DNA of 64,000 nt from an uncultured Gammaproteobacteria bacterium (GCA_963729605.1 CAVSNY010000007.1:1312001-1376000); one strand, 5' to 3'. Shown: positions 31,866-42,920, counted from the first letter of the stretch. The notes: a model not told the origin generated them from the sequence alone. Numbers and translations are program-made.

Positions 31866-32022
31866 GCTTCGAGGTTTTCGTACCGAATGGGCCGGCTGGG
31901 CTTACGCGCTTATTTAACTTCCCAATGGAACGGGATTCTCAATGCAGAATGGTTCGCCCGAAATAATCCATCGTCAGGCAGCATCCCACTCGCCGAATTT
32001 AAAAATCGATTTTGAGAAAACC

Positions 32023-32895
32023 CTAAGCACGCTTGCCGATATGCCCCATCCGTCCGCTCTGATAATCGGTGATCGCCTGACGGATTTCGGCCTGGGTGTT
32101 CATGACGAAGGGTCCGTAACCCACCACCGGTTCATTAAGCGGCTGGCCGTTGAGGAAGAGCAGCGTGGTATCTTCCACGGCCTCGACCGCCAGGTGTTCA
32201 CCTTCGCGTTCCAACACCGCCAAATCGGCTTCGCCCGCTTCCTTGCCATCCGCTAAACGAATACGGCCCTTCAGTACGAACAACGCCGTGGTGTCGCCGT
32301 CGATCACTTTAAACTCGGCGCGGTGTCCCGCGTTCAAACGCACATCCCAGATATTCATGCGGGTAAAAGTGCGGGCGGGACCATTGACTCCGTCGTAAGT
32401 GCCCGCGATCACCCGAATCGCCCCGGCCCCGTTGGGCAGATCCAGATGCGGAATCTGCGCCTGGGTGATGCCCTGATAGCCGGGCGCGGCCATTTTGTCC
32501 TTGGCGGGCAGATTCACCCAGAGCTGAATCATCTCGAACGGTCCGCCCTGTTTGGCGTAGTTGGGGCCGTGAAACTCTTCGTGCACGATGCCGCCGGCCG
32601 CGGTCATCCACTGTACGTCGCCGGGGCCGATGATGCCGCCGCCGCCCGAGGAGTCGCGGTGTTCCACCTCACCCGAGTACACGATCGTCACCGTCTCGAA
32701 ACCGCGATGCGGGTGTTCGCCGACGCCGCGCCGGTGCTGCGAAGGTGGAAACGTGGTCGGCCCCGCGTAATCCAATAGCAGAAACGGCGACATCTCCGCG
32801 CTGAGATCGTTGTAAGAGAAGATGCTGCGCACCGGAAAGCCATCGCCTACCCAATGGCGCTGGTCCTGGCTTTGGATGAAGGACGGTTTTTTCAT
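32023..32895 (-). CDS. Pirin family protein
   Basis: PFLLLD, HPHRGFETVT, QWMTAAGGIVHEE, GPFVMN. Confidence 0.92.
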   Translation of the reverse strand: MKKPSFIQSQDQRHWVGDGFPVRSIFSYNDLSAEMSPFLLLDYAGPTTFPPSQHRRGVGEHPHRGFETVTIVYSGEVEHRDSSGGGGIIGPGDVQWMTAAGGIVHEEFHGPNYAKQGGPFEMIQLWVNLPAKDKMAAPGYQGITQAQIPHLDLPNGAGAIRVIAGTYDGVNGPARTFTRMNIWDVRLNAGHRAEFKVIDGDTTALFVLKGRIRLADGKEAGEADLAVLEREGEHLAVEAVEDTTLLFLNGQPLNEPVVGYGPFVMNTQAEIRQAITDYQSGRMGHIGKRA

Positions 32896-33055
32896 TTCAA
32901 TCTCCTTTGCAGGTGGGCGCTCAACCCGCCTCTTCCCGCGACGGGAGTGGAGGATGGAGCGTGTTTGCCAATGGTTAATAATGTACGCGCGGCGGAGATA
33001 AATTATTAGACGGCATGAAATGGAATTATTGTTCTGTATTCTGCATAATCCCGCG

Positions 33056-33946
33056 ATGGACCTCAATGAAATCCGGGTGTTTGTCAAAGTCGTTCAGGCC
33101 GGCAGTTTCAGTCAGGCGGCCAAACAGCTCGGCATGCCCAATTCCACGGTGAGCGCGCGGATCTCGGCTCTTGAACGGCGGCTGGGCGTCACGCTGCTGC
33201 AGCGCACCACCCGCAAATTGCGCCTGACCGAGGCCGGCGAGGCCTATTTTCGTCAGGCTTCGCTCGGCCTCGAAGAAATACTCAAGGCCGAGGCGGAGGT
33301 CAGCTCGGCGCAGGGCGAACCGCAAGGTTTACTGCGCGTCACCGCGCCCATCGACATCGGCAACGACTGCCTGGCCGAATTGCTCTGTACCTTCAGAAAA
33401 CGACATCCCAAGGTGAGTATCGAACTCATCTTCACCGACCGCTTGGTGGACTTGGTCGCCGAAGGCGTCGATCTCGCGATCCGCGCCGGCGAACTGCGCG
33501 ACTCGGGGCTCATCGCCAAAAAGGTCGGCGCCGCCCATTGGGTGCCGTTCGCGAGTCCCGCCTATCTCGAAAAAGCGGGCACGCCCGTTCATCCGACAGA
33601 GCTGCGTCAGCATGCCTGTCTGCAATTCACGCCGCTGGGCAAAGAGAGTTGGCAACTGGTCGGCGGCAAGAACAAGATTGCCGTTTCTTTGACCAGTCAG
33701 GTGTTGGGTAATGATTTGAACTTGATCAAGGCGCTCGCCCTGGCCGGTCACGGCGTAGCGCTGCTGCCGACCTACGCCTGTCGCGCGGAAGTGAATAACG
33801 GTCGCTTGCTGCGCATCCTCCCCGAGTGGCGCGCCAAGGTCGATCCGATTCACTTGGTGTATCCCGGTCAAAAATTCGTGCCGCCGAAGTTGAGGGCGTT
33901 CATTGATACGGCGGTGGAGGTGTTCGCGCGGGTGTTTAAAGAGTGA
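33056..33946 (+). CDS. LysR-type regulator (CrgA/DmlR-like), divergent from pirin
   Basis: FVKVVQAGSFSQAA...LERRLGVTLLQRTTRKL; DLVAEGVDLAIR. Confidence 0.92.
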   Translation: MDLNEIRVFVKVVQAGSFSQAAKQLGMPNSTVSARISALERRLGVTLLQRTTRKLRLTEAGEAYFRQASLGLEEILKAEAEVSSAQGEPQGLLRVTAPIDIGNDCLAELLCTFRKRHPKVSIELIFTDRLVDLVAEGVDLAIRAGELRDSGLIAKKVGAAHWVPFASPAYLEKAGTPVHPTELRQHACLQFTPLGKESWQLVGGKNKIAVSLTSQVLGNDLNLIKALALAGHGVALLPTYACRAEVNNGRLLRILPEWRAKVDPIHLVYPGQKFVPPKLRAFIDTAVEVFARVFKE

Positions 33947-33962
33947 AGACGAAAGGTCCGGC

Positions 33963-35048
33963 CTATTCCTGGATGTTTTCTTTCGCCCCCTCCGCCTTCA
34001 GCGCCGGTTTGATCCATTCCGAGAGCAGCGTATAGGCGACGGCGAGGATCACCGGGCCGATGAAGACGCCGATGAAACCGAAGGCCAGCACGCCGCCGAG
34101 TACGCCCATGAAGACCAGCAGCAACGGCAGCGTGCCGCCGCGGCTGATCAGATATGGCTTGACGATATTGTCCACGCCGCTGATCACCACCAGTCCGTAG
34201 AAGAACAGGAAGATCGCCCAACCGGTTTCCCCTTCGGAAAACAGCCACAGCGACGCGGGCACCCACACCAGCGGCGGTCCCACAGGAATGATCGAAAGAA
34301 AGAAGGTGAGCAGGCCGAGCAGCACGGCGCCGGGGATGCCTACGATCCAGAAACCGATCAGGGCGAGGACGGATTGCGCGAGCGCCGTGCCGAGTATGCC
34401 GTTGACCACGCGGGACACGGTGCCGGCGGTGACTTCGAGCAGGTCCTTGGCCCGCTGTCCCGCCAGGCGTTCCATGACGGCGCGGACCCGCGCGGTGATG
34501 GCCGGCCCGTCGCGGTAAAAGAAAAAGCAGATGATGACGCTGAAGGCGATGAGCACCACGCCGTGCACCAGCGCGCCGCCAGCCTGAATCGCCACGTCTT
34601 TTAGCGGCAATTCGTTCATGAACTGCCTGAGTTGCAACAGGAGGGTGCCTTGATCCCCTTGTACCACGGTCAGCCACCAGGTTTTTATATAGTCGCCGAT
34701 CACCGGCAGCGATTCGATCCAATCGGGCAGCGCAGGCAGCGGCTGTTCGATGGCGTTGCGCAGCGAGCGCACCATGGCCGTGGCGCTGTCGGCCAGGCTT
34801 ACGGCCATGACGGCGAACGGGGCGACGATGGCGAGCAGGAGCAATACCGTCATGGTGGCGGCGGCGGGGACGGAACGGCCTTTGAGTTCGCGGAGCAGCC
34901 ATTCGTAGACGGGCCAGGTGGCGTAAGCCAGAATCGCCGCCCACAGCAGGGAGGCGATGAAAGGACGCAGTACCAGTACACTGCCGATGACCAGCAGGAC
35001 CACTACGGTTATCCCGGCTATCATTTCTATACGATGAGCGAGCTGCAA
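33963..35048 (-). CDS. AI-2E family transporter (YdiK-like)
   Basis: Multi-TM protein; VDNIVKPYLI, GGVLAFGFIGVFIGPV. Confidence 0.88.
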   Translation of the reverse strand: MQLAHRIEMIAGITVVVLLVIGSVLVLRPFIASLLWAAILAYATWPVYEWLLRELKGRSVPAAATMTVLLLLAIVAPFAVMAVSLADSATAMVRSLRNAIEQPLPALPDWIESLPVIGDYIKTWWLTVVQGDQGTLLLQLRQFMNELPLKDVAIQAGGALVHGVVLIAFSVIICFFFYRDGPAITARVRAVMERLAGQRAKDLLEVTAGTVSRVVNGILGTALAQSVLALIGFWIVGIPGAVLLGLLTFFLSIIPVGPPLVWVPASLWLFSEGETGWAIFLFFYGLVVISGVDNIVKPYLISRGGTLPLLLVFMGVLGGVLAFGFIGVFIGPVILAVAYTLLSEWIKPALKAEGAKENIQE

Positions 35049-35539
35049 CGGTGAATTTCCATGGCGGGGGCTGTAGGAAAAAATTTGTTTTGCGTATTCG
35101 CGAGCACGCTACGCCTTGAGTCGTGTGCTCGTCAAGACTGGCGACGCTGGAATCGACGATTCGGAGCGGAGCCGGAGGCGCTGATGCCGATCATGAGGCA
35201 ATCGGCCGGCGCGGCGGCGGGGTTGATCGTCATCGGTTTACCTGGGGCGGGATTGATTCCCCGTGCGTCCAAGCGGATGTGCCGCGCCGGCCTGGCTTGA
35301 TGACCCGCGGCGGGATCGGCGGCCATCCGGCGCGGGGGTGGGATGAAAGCTGTTATACTTTTTCCGTAAGGCCAACGGCATGAGCGTGTTTGCCGCGTAC
35401 CACTCGCCTTATTCGTGGGCCGCGCGTCATGAGCTTGTCGACCCGCCGCCGCAGCCCGGTCGGAGAACGATCCGGGCGACCCGTCTTTCATCCCGCAAGC
35501 AAAATTCGCCACGCCGCAAACCCCGAGAAAGTGTCCTCC

Positions 35540-35894
35540 ATGGCCGGCAATGATCAGAAAATCCGATTTTTTCGACGGCGCCTCCCGAGCTTCGAGTGCC
35601 TCCCCGGTTGTCACGATTGCTGCGGACCGGTGACCACGTCCAGCGAGGAAATGTCGCGGCTTCCCGTCAAGAGCGACGCGGAACATGAGGCGGCGCTTGC
35701 CGGTCTCACTTGTCCGCATCTGGGAGAAAAAGGTTGTCAAGTCTACGCGGAGCGGCCGCTGATCTGCCGCCTGTTCGGGACCATCGCCGCGGCTCGCCTG
35801 CCCGCAAGGCAGACGGCCCGCGGCGATGGTCGACCCGGATCTAGAACGGCAGATTCAAGCGTTTTTCGCGGCGACGCGCCAAGTCTTGGTTTAA
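35540..35894 (+). CDS. YkgJ-family cysteine-cluster protein with one +1 frameshift near 35783 (probably artefact)
   Basis: CLPGCHDCCGP...CPHL...C.VY.ERPLICRLFG; the shifted frame continues SPRLACPQGRRP...TRQVLV*. Confidence 0.7.
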
Positions 35895-36100
35895 AGCCGG
35901 CGTGCAGTAAAATGCGTCGTTTGGTCTGCCGGACATGGCCGTGCTCCGCGGGATGGCTAGCTTGATCTCCGCGACGGGTGATTTGCCAATCAGCTCTCAT
36001 TCTTATTATGAGTTGTCCGCTACGGTTGGCTTTATAAATGGCGGCGGTGTCTCCATAGCCTGTGTGTCAGCCTGTATTCAATTGGAATTGAAGGGTCATA

Positions 36101-37738
36101 GTGAGTTCGCTACAGAGCATTAAGAGTCGGATATTGATTTTCACGGTCATGGCCACGCTGATTCCATCGGTGGGCCTGGGTCTGTTTTCGTTTCGGCAAA
36201 ACGAGGCCTTGATCGCCGACAACGTGACTCATCAATTGCGTACCCTGGCGAGTGACGCTAGCCGCGAGTTGCGGCGCTGGACCGCCGAGCGCATGCAGGG
36301 GGTGCGCGCCTTGGCCGGTTCCGACGCGGTGCTCGACGGACTGTCCCATCGCGCCGCGCCGCGCTCGGATAGCGCCGCGGAAAACGCGCGGGTGTTGACC
36401 CATTATTTGAGCTCGGTACAGGAAAAATTGGGTCCCTTGCTGGAACTGACGGTGTTGGATCCCGCCGGCCGGGTGATCGCCAGCAGCGCGCCCGCGCCCG
36501 CGCCGGTGAGACTCCCGGAGAGCTGGCCGTCCACCGCCGCCGGCGAAGGCATGATCATCGTTCCGCCGCATTGGGATGCGCGCCGCGCCGCCGCCACCCT
36601 CACCATCGCGGTGCCGGTATTATCGATCGACAATCAAATAGTGGGGGTGCTGACGGCGGTGCTCGACCTGCGTCCCGCGCAGCCGCTGCTCAAATATTCA
36701 ACCGGCGCCATTCCCGGTAATGTCGTTCTACTCGATCGTACCGGCAGGCCGTTGTTGAGTACTTACCACCCCATTAATCCAGCGACGCCGTTGGATCCGC
36801 AACTGTTGCAAGAATTGCGCGAATCCGCGGGCAAGCCCAGCAGCTTTACGGGCTTCGGACGGCGCACGGTGCTCGGACTCATCGAGGCGCCGCGGGACTC
36901 GCCGTTTATCGTGCTGGTGGAAAGGGATTACGCCGAGGTGTATCGAGCATGGACGGTCTTCCGCGATCTGTTTCTGACCTTGGTGATAGGCCTGTCCTTG
37001 TTGGTGGGTTTGGTCGCTTGGCGGATAGGGCGTTCCATCGTCATGCCGTTAAAGCGTTTGACCGTCGCCGCCGACCGCATCGCCGCCGGCGATCTCACCG
37101 TAAAGCTGCCCGTGGCGCAAGAGGATGAAGTCGGTCGTTTGATCCAAGTGTTCAACCGCATGACCGACAACCTGCGCCAAAGCCACGAAGAGTTCGAGGC
37201 GGCCAGCCTGGCCTTGCAGAAACAGAACGCGCTGCTGGAAACCCTGTCGGTCACCGATAGCCTCACGGGATTATTCAATCGCAAGAAGCTCGATGATATT
37301 TTGGCCGATCAATTCGCGCGCTTCAAACGCAATCAGCGTCCCTTCACGGTGCTGATGCTCGACATCGATCACTTCAAGGCGCTCAATGACACCTACGGCC
37401 ATCTCGCCGGCGATCAGGTCTTGACCAGCGTGGCGGCGATTCTCGCCAAATCGATACGCAGCGTGGATTACGCGGCGCGCTACGGCGGCGAAGAATTCGT
37501 GATCGTTTTGCCGGAGACCACCAGCGCGGCCGCGCTGGAGATGGCCGAGCGCATCCGCACCCGGGTGGAGAACGCCGCTTATCCGTTCAATGGGCAAACC
37601 ATCGCGGTCACCATCAGCATCGGCGTAGCGCACAGCCGCACCGGCGACGCCACGGCGGACGCGGTGGTCGCGCGCGCCGACCAGGAGTTGTATCAAGCCA
37701 AACACGCCGGCCGCAACCGGGTGCACAGCGCGCCGTGA
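36101..37738 (+). CDS. Membrane diguanylate cyclase (Cache-like sensor, HAMP, GGDEF)
   Basis: Two TM helices, HAMP (DEVGRL..FN.M), DIDHFK..ND.YGH, RSVD I-site, GGEEF. Confidence 0.92.
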   Translation: MSSLQSIKSRILIFTVMATLIPSVGLGLFSFRQNEALIADNVTHQLRTLASDASRELRRWTAERMQGVRALAGSDAVLDGLSHRAAPRSDSAAENARVLTHYLSSVQEKLGPLLELTVLDPAGRVIASSAPAPAPVRLPESWPSTAAGEGMIIVPPHWDARRAAATLTIAVPVLSIDNQIVGVLTAVLDLRPAQPLLKYSTGAIPGNVVLLDRTGRPLLSTYHPINPATPLDPQLLQELRESAGKPSSFTGFGRRTVLGLIEAPRDSPFIVLVERDYAEVYRAWTVFRDLFLTLVIGLSLLVGLVAWRIGRSIVMPLKRLTVAADRIAAGDLTVKLPVAQEDEVGRLIQVFNRMTDNLRQSHEEFEAASLALQKQNALLETLSVTDSLTGLFNRKKLDDILADQFARFKRNQRPFTVLMLDIDHFKALNDTYGHLAGDQVLTSVAAILAKSIRSVDYAARYGGEEFVIVLPETTSAAALEMAERIRTRVENAAYPFNGQTIAVTISIGVAHSRTGDATADAVVARADQELYQAKHAGRNRVHSAP

Positions 37739-37889
37739 TGCGGGTATCGCTCCACGATTTGCGGGAGAGAATCGGGGGAGGGGAGTAAAGCGGGGGAGCC
37801 CGATGGAAATCTTCAGTTAATTCTTCTCTCTCGCTGTGACGTTCGACATCAAGACGCGGCTGTCACTAATGCGACGCACAGAGAACACT

Positions 37890-38035
37890 ATTTCCCTCCC
37901 CTTTTTAGGGGGGGCGATAGCGCCTCCGAAAGAGACTGGATGGGTTAGGAGGAGGGCGGCGTTTACTTTACCGCTGGCAGGCGAGGCTGCGTGAGCATCC
38001 CCATCCCGGCCTTCCGCCTTCAAGGGGGAAGGAGA
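37890..38035. repeat. Pair of REP-like inverted repeats
   Basis: TTCCCTCCCCTTTTTAGGGGGGG and CCCCATCCCGGCCTTCCGCCTTCAAGGGGGAAGGAG in an intergenic region. Confidence 0.45.
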
Positions 38036-38152
38036 AAAATTCTGCGGCCTGCAGGCGGTGCGCGGTGTTATGGGCCGCCTTTGAGGTCCCGCCGAATAAG
38101 CCCGCGTCGCCGGGGAGATAACTTATTGCGGGACTCGCGCATGGACCGCGGC

Positions 38153-38920
38153 CTAGCGCGCCTCGACCAGACCGTTCAACACCCATCCCAAGCTGCCGTC
38201 TTCGGTTTGCACCTGCAACCATTCGCCCTGGTAAGCGCGGGCGGTCACCGGTGCCGCCTTTTGCAGCACGCCGAGGACGGCGGCGTTGGCGCGCGGCTGG
38301 CGGCGCAGATTGCCGTCCACTTTCATGCGCAGGGCAATCGCGGCCTTGAAGGGTACCTCGGATGTCGCGCGTTTATCCGCGCCGGACCCGTTGCGAAGAT
38401 CCGCCAGCATGTCGATGAATTGCCGGGCCTGGGTGGCGAGATCCACGCTGGCGTCGTACTCGCCTTTCGCGAAGGCGGCGGAGGCGCCGTCCAATATCCG
38501 CTGCGCCTCGCCCTGCTGCGCCGCGTCGCGTTCCGCGCCCGGCGTGGAGCGCAGCTTCGCCATGGCGACCTCCACCTGGGCGAGCAGCGACGCGGCGTCG
38601 GCCTCGGTGGCGAAACGGCGCAGTTTCACCTCGGCGCGCGCCGCCTGGCTGGTGGTTTCCTTCAACAGCTTGTCCTGTTCCTGCCGATGTGCGCGCAGAT
38701 TGCTGATCTCCGCCTCCTTATCCGCCAAGAGTTGTTGCAAGCGGGCGATTTCGCGTTGCGGTTCTTCACAAGATACCGGCGAGGCGGCGGGTGCGGGGGC
38801 CACCGAGGGAATATCCGGCGCGGGTTGCCGGACGGCGCATCCGGCCAAGCTCAACGCACACAAGGCGAGCATCGCCCACCGCGTGCCATGCCGGCTGAAT
38901 TTAAAATGTGACTCCGACAT
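38153..38920 (-). CDS. Lipoprotein with coiled coil and C-terminal bacterial SH3 domain
   Basis: Lipobox LAGC; NLRRQP...GEWLQV....G.LGWV. Confidence 0.75.
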   Translation of the reverse strand: MSESHFKFSRHGTRWAMLALCALSLAGCAVRQPAPDIPSVAPAPAASPVSCEEPQREIARLQQLLADKEAEISNLRAHRQEQDKLLKETTSQAARAEVKLRRFATEADAASLLAQVEVAMAKLRSTPGAERDAAQQGEAQRILDGASAAFAKGEYDASVDLATQARQFIDMLADLRNGSGADKRATSEVPFKAAIALRMKVDGNLRRQPRANAAVLGVLQKAAPVTARAYQGEWLQVQTEDGSLGWVLNGLVEAR

Positions 38921-39317
38921 CTTAATTAACGCCACCCGTTTGGGAATTCGCCGTATTCATGTTTAAACCGCCTGCTGTTGAGGATGACGATGGGACTCAG
39001 CCGTTTTCAAAAATCGAGGGGCTTGTTCGGGCGCGCGACGCGCGGGGGATGTATCGACCTTGATCGCATTCGCCACGCATCCGTGCGTTCTTACGCCCGC
39101 CTGTTGTGGCAGGCGGGGCATTGTAGCGCCTGCGACGGAGGCCAGCTAGAGGGCCGCGCGCGGTTGCGGCGCTTGCCGTGGTTGATGCGGCATTCTGACT
39201 CAAAGCGCCTAGTCACGCTAAAATTGCGGTATTGTTCTATCGCTGAATGCGACTACTCTTTGAAGTCAAGAGGACATAAACCCTGTTGGTGGCCCTGCTT
39301 GTTGCGGAGTTTGCATA

Positions 39318-40343
39318 ATGAAGATCGCGGTCTTCGATACACATCATTACGATCAGGCGGCGCTGACCGCCGCGAATGAGCGGTTTGGCCATCAACTCGT
39401 GTTCTTTGAGGCACGCCTCAACGACACCACGATGGGATTGGCCGCCGGTTTCGATGCCGTGTGCCCCTTTGTGAATTGCCGGCTCGGCGAAGCCGTGCTT
39501 GCGCGGCTGAAGACGCTGGGCGTCAAACTGGTGACTTTGCGCGCGGCCGGCTACAACGGCATTGATATCGCCGCCGCCGAACGCCTCGGCATCACGATCA
39601 CGCGCGTGCCGGCCTATTCACCTCATGCCGTCGCGGAACATGCCTTTGCCTTGCTGCTATGTCTATTGCGCAAAGTGCATCGCGCCCACGCGCGGGTGCG
39701 CGAGCTGAATTTTTCGCTCGATGGGTTGGAAGGTTTCGATCTATACGGCAAGACGTTTGGATGTGTCGGCGTCGGCCGAATAGGGGCCGCCGCGATCGGC
39801 ATCGCGCGTGGCTTCGGTTGCCGCGTACTGGCGTACGATATGATCGAAGATCGGCAGCTCGCGGCACGCCTGGGATTCAGCTACACCTCGCTGGACGAAC
39901 TGCTCACGCACGCGGATGTCGTATCGCTGCACGTTCCATTGACGCCGCAAACTCATCACCTCATAGACTCCGCGGCGTTGGCGCGGATGAAGAGCGGAGC
40001 GATAATCATCAATACCAGCCGGGGCGCCGTGGTCGATACCGAAGCGTTGATCGGCGTCCTGAAATCACGTCACCTCGGCGGTGTCGGACTGGATGTGTAT
40101 GAGATGGAGGAAAACGTGTTCTTCAAGGACCTCTCCAATGACGTGCTTTCCGACGACCTGCTCGCGCGGCTGTTGACCTTTCCCAACGTGCTTGTCACGT
40201 CACACCAGGGCTTCTTGACACACGAGGCGCTCGCCGCCATCGCCGAGACCACTCTTGCGAACGCGCGTGCCTTTGAGCAGGGGCAGACTCTGGCGAATGA
40301 GGTGCGTTTGTCCGCTCCGAGCACGACACCGCCCGCGCCCTGA
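39318..40343 (+). CDS. ldhA: D-lactate dehydrogenase-like 2-hydroxyacid dehydrogenase
   Basis: RVPAYSPHAVAEH, GVGRIG, INTSRG, LDVYE.E, NVLVTSHQGF.T.EAL. Confidence 0.85.
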   Translation: MKIAVFDTHHYDQAALTAANERFGHQLVFFEARLNDTTMGLAAGFDAVCPFVNCRLGEAVLARLKTLGVKLVTLRAAGYNGIDIAAAERLGITITRVPAYSPHAVAEHAFALLLCLLRKVHRAHARVRELNFSLDGLEGFDLYGKTFGCVGVGRIGAAAIGIARGFGCRVLAYDMIEDRQLAARLGFSYTSLDELLTHADVVSLHVPLTPQTHHLIDSAALARMKSGAIIINTSRGAVVDTEALIGVLKSRHLGGVGLDVYEMEENVFFKDLSNDVLSDDLLARLLTFPNVLVTSHQGFLTHEALAAIAETTLANARAFEQGQTLANEVRLSAPSTTPPAP

Positions 40344-40452
40344 TTGAATCCGGGGCCAGCCGCGAGGCCGGGGTCAGCAGCGTTCCGCGGCCGATCACGC
40401 CCCATATCCCCCGTCTTCCCCCAACCGGCGGCAACAGCTATCACGTCGCCGG

Positions 40453-40516
40453 TTGACAACAAAATGTGTCTGTGTAAAATCGGCGGTCGTTACAAATGAT
40501 AATGATTCGCATTTTT
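40453..40516 (+). promoter_or_regulatory. Sigma70 promoter and Fur box of the TonB receptor operon
   Basis: TTGACA(40453)-16 nt-TAAAAT(40475); GATAATGATTCGCATTTTT at 40498-40516 (14/19 to Fur consensus). Confidence 0.75.
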
Positions 40517-40696
40517 TTAAGCGTTTAGTTAAAACGGGGTGAATAGGTGTCCGCACCTTTTCCGCCAGGGGAATATATCTATTGAATTAATACCCCTGTC
40601 GTGACCGGAGTCCGGCGGCCGGCCATTCCGTCGCCGCGGCCCGTCACCCACCGAGTCGCAACCACAAAAACCTCTGATCTGTAAGGAACCGAAAGC

Positions 40697-42913
40697 ATGA
40701 ATGCATACCCCGAACTTCGCCACCCGACGGCCAAATTACTCCCGCTCGTGCTCGCGATCGCCGCCTGCGGTCTTGCCGAACGTTCCGAGGCCCGCGAGGA
40801 GTCGACGCTCGACACCGTCAACGTCATCGATTTTCGCGGCGAGCAGATGGACAGTTTGAAGTACAGCCGCGACCTGCAGGACACCCCGCGCCTCATCACC
40901 GTGCTGCCGAAAGACCTGCTCGAAGAGCAGAACGCGACTTCGCTGAAAGACGTGCTGAAGAACATTCCCGGCATCAGCCTGCAGGCCGGCGAGGGCAACC
41001 CGCCCGGCGGCGACCAGCTCAAGATTCGCGGCTTCAACGCGCGCGACGACATCAACGTCAACGACACCCGCGACCTCGGCAACTACTTCCGCGACCCCTT
41101 CTACATCGATCAGATCGAGGTCGTCAAAGGACCGAATTCGGCGTATTCCGGGCGCGGCTCGGCGGGCGGCACGATCAACTTCGTGACCAAGAAGCCTTTC
41201 CAGGACGACTTCAATCGTGTCGAGGCGAGCATCGGCACCGACGACTACTACCGCCTGACATTCGACGCGAACCGACAGATCGACGACAACAGCGCGGTGC
41301 GCCTCAACCTGATGGGCCACGACGCCGGCATCCCCGGCCGTGACATCACCGAGGAGTCGCGTTACGGGCTTTATGCCGCGTACACCTGGGGCTTCAAAGG
41401 CCCGACCAAAATCACCGCCGACTACCTGCACCTGAGCCAGGACGACCTGCCCGACGCCGGCCTGCCCGCCGACCGCGGCGCGCCCGGCGCGCATGCCAAC
41501 GGGACCGGCCGCATCCCGCCCGGACTCGACTTCAGCAATTTCTACGGCCACACCGACGACTATAAGAAGGTCGATGTCGACCAGATCGGCCTCGCGATAC
41601 AGCACGCCTTCACGAATGGCGTGGTGTTCAAGAACCAGTTGCGCCTGTCGCGCGTCTCCAACGACTCGATCACCTCGTCGCCGCGCCTGCGCAACGTCAC
41701 GCCCGACTTCGTGGACTCCGAGGTCCGCGGCGAAACCAAGCCGCGCGATCAGGTCGATGACGGCATCAACAACCAGAGCGATCTGTTGTTCAACTTCAGT
41801 ACCGGCGCCGTCGAACACGACTTGGTCGTCGGCCTCGAACTCGCGCGCTACGAGTTCGAAAATCGCCGCCGGCTCGATCAGGCCGGCCCGCTCACCGACC
41901 TCTACAATCCGGTGCCGCGCTTGGGGCCCTCGCGCGCCTACGACGGTACGACCTACGCGCTCGAAACCGAGGAAGTCGGCGTCTACGTGCTCGACACGAT
42001 GAGGCTCTCCGAGAAGTGGGACCTCAACGCCGGTCTGCGCTGGGATCGCGTCGAAGCGACCGCGACGCGTAGCGGCTTCACGGGCGGGAACGCGGGGCTC
42101 AACACCACCCACGAGCGCGAGGACAGTGAGATCAGCCACAACCTCGGCCTCGTCTACAAGCTGAAGCCCAACGCCTCGCTTTACGGCGCCTACGGCAACG
42201 CCTACGTGATGTCCGCCAGCTTCGACCGCAACAATGTCCAGCTCGCGGGCGGCTCGGCCACTCAGGCCATCGTCGGCGCGGGCTTCGACACCCCGCCCGA
42301 GCACGTCACCGCGTACGAGCTCGGCGCGAAATGGTCCGTGGCGGCGGCGCTCGACCTCGGCGCGGCGATCTTCCGCACCGAGACCAAGGAAGGCCGCTTC
42401 CCGGCGCAGGCACCGGGCGGCGTCACCACGCCCAACGTCAATTACACCATCGACGGCTTCGAGTTCCTCGCGGCGGGCAAGCTCACGGACGCATGGCGGC
42501 TGTACGCCGGTTACACCTTCCTGACGTCGGACATCACCGGTTCGCCGTCGTCGGGCGCCAACGAGCCTTATGTCGTCGCCCAGGAACTGGGCGGCACGCC
42601 CGAGCACTCGTTCAACATCTTCACGACCTATGACGTGACGCCGTCGCTGTCGCTCGGCGGCGGGGTGCAGTACGTCGATGCGGTCACCAGCGGCGTCGAT
42701 CCCGACCCGGCCGGCGACCGCACTGTGAGCGTATCGGACTACACCGTGTACGACGCCTACGCCACCTACAAATTCACCAAGCAGACCCAGGTACGGCTGA
42801 ACGTCTACAACGTCTTCGACGAGGAGTACATCTCGCAACTCGCCGAGGGCGGCGGGCAGGCGATCCCCGGCAAAGGACGCCAGGCGATCCTGACCGTCCG
42901 TCACGACTTCTGA
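40697..42913 (+). CDS. TonB-dependent siderophore receptor (Fiu/PiuA-like)
   Basis: Plug motifs (DTPR...EQNATSL.DVL.N.PGI; IEVVKGP.S..GRGSAGGTIN), C-terminal Phe, Fur box, piuC downstream. Confidence 0.88.
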   Translation: MNAYPELRHPTAKLLPLVLAIAACGLAERSEAREESTLDTVNVIDFRGEQMDSLKYSRDLQDTPRLITVLPKDLLEEQNATSLKDVLKNIPGISLQAGEGNPPGGDQLKIRGFNARDDINVNDTRDLGNYFRDPFYIDQIEVVKGPNSAYSGRGSAGGTINFVTKKPFQDDFNRVEASIGTDDYYRLTFDANRQIDDNSAVRLNLMGHDAGIPGRDITEESRYGLYAAYTWGFKGPTKITADYLHLSQDDLPDAGLPADRGAPGAHANGTGRIPPGLDFSNFYGHTDDYKKVDVDQIGLAIQHAFTNGVVFKNQLRLSRVSNDSITSSPRLRNVTPDFVDSEVRGETKPRDQVDDGINNQSDLLFNFSTGAVEHDLVVGLELARYEFENRRRLDQAGPLTDLYNPVPRLGPSRAYDGTTYALETEEVGVYVLDTMRLSEKWDLNAGLRWDRVEATATRSGFTGGNAGLNTTHEREDSEISHNLGLVYKLKPNASLYGAYGNAYVMSASFDRNNVQLAGGSATQAIVGAGFDTPPEHVTAYELGAKWSVAAALDLGAAIFRTETKEGRFPAQAPGGVTTPNVNYTIDGFEFLAAGKLTDAWRLYAGYTFLTSDITGSPSSGANEPYVVAQELGGTPEHSFNIFTTYDVTPSLSLGGGVQYVDAVTSGVDPDPAGDRTVSVSDYTVYDAYATYKFTKQTQVRLNVYNVFDEEYISQLAEGGGQAIPGKGRQAILTVRHDF

Positions 42914-42920
42914 AGCGGAT

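Noticed and set aside
35061-35400. Short ORFs and hairpins in intergenic DNA (also 38978-39300 and 15650-15840)
   Set aside because: No recognisable protein or RNA family features; insufficient support.
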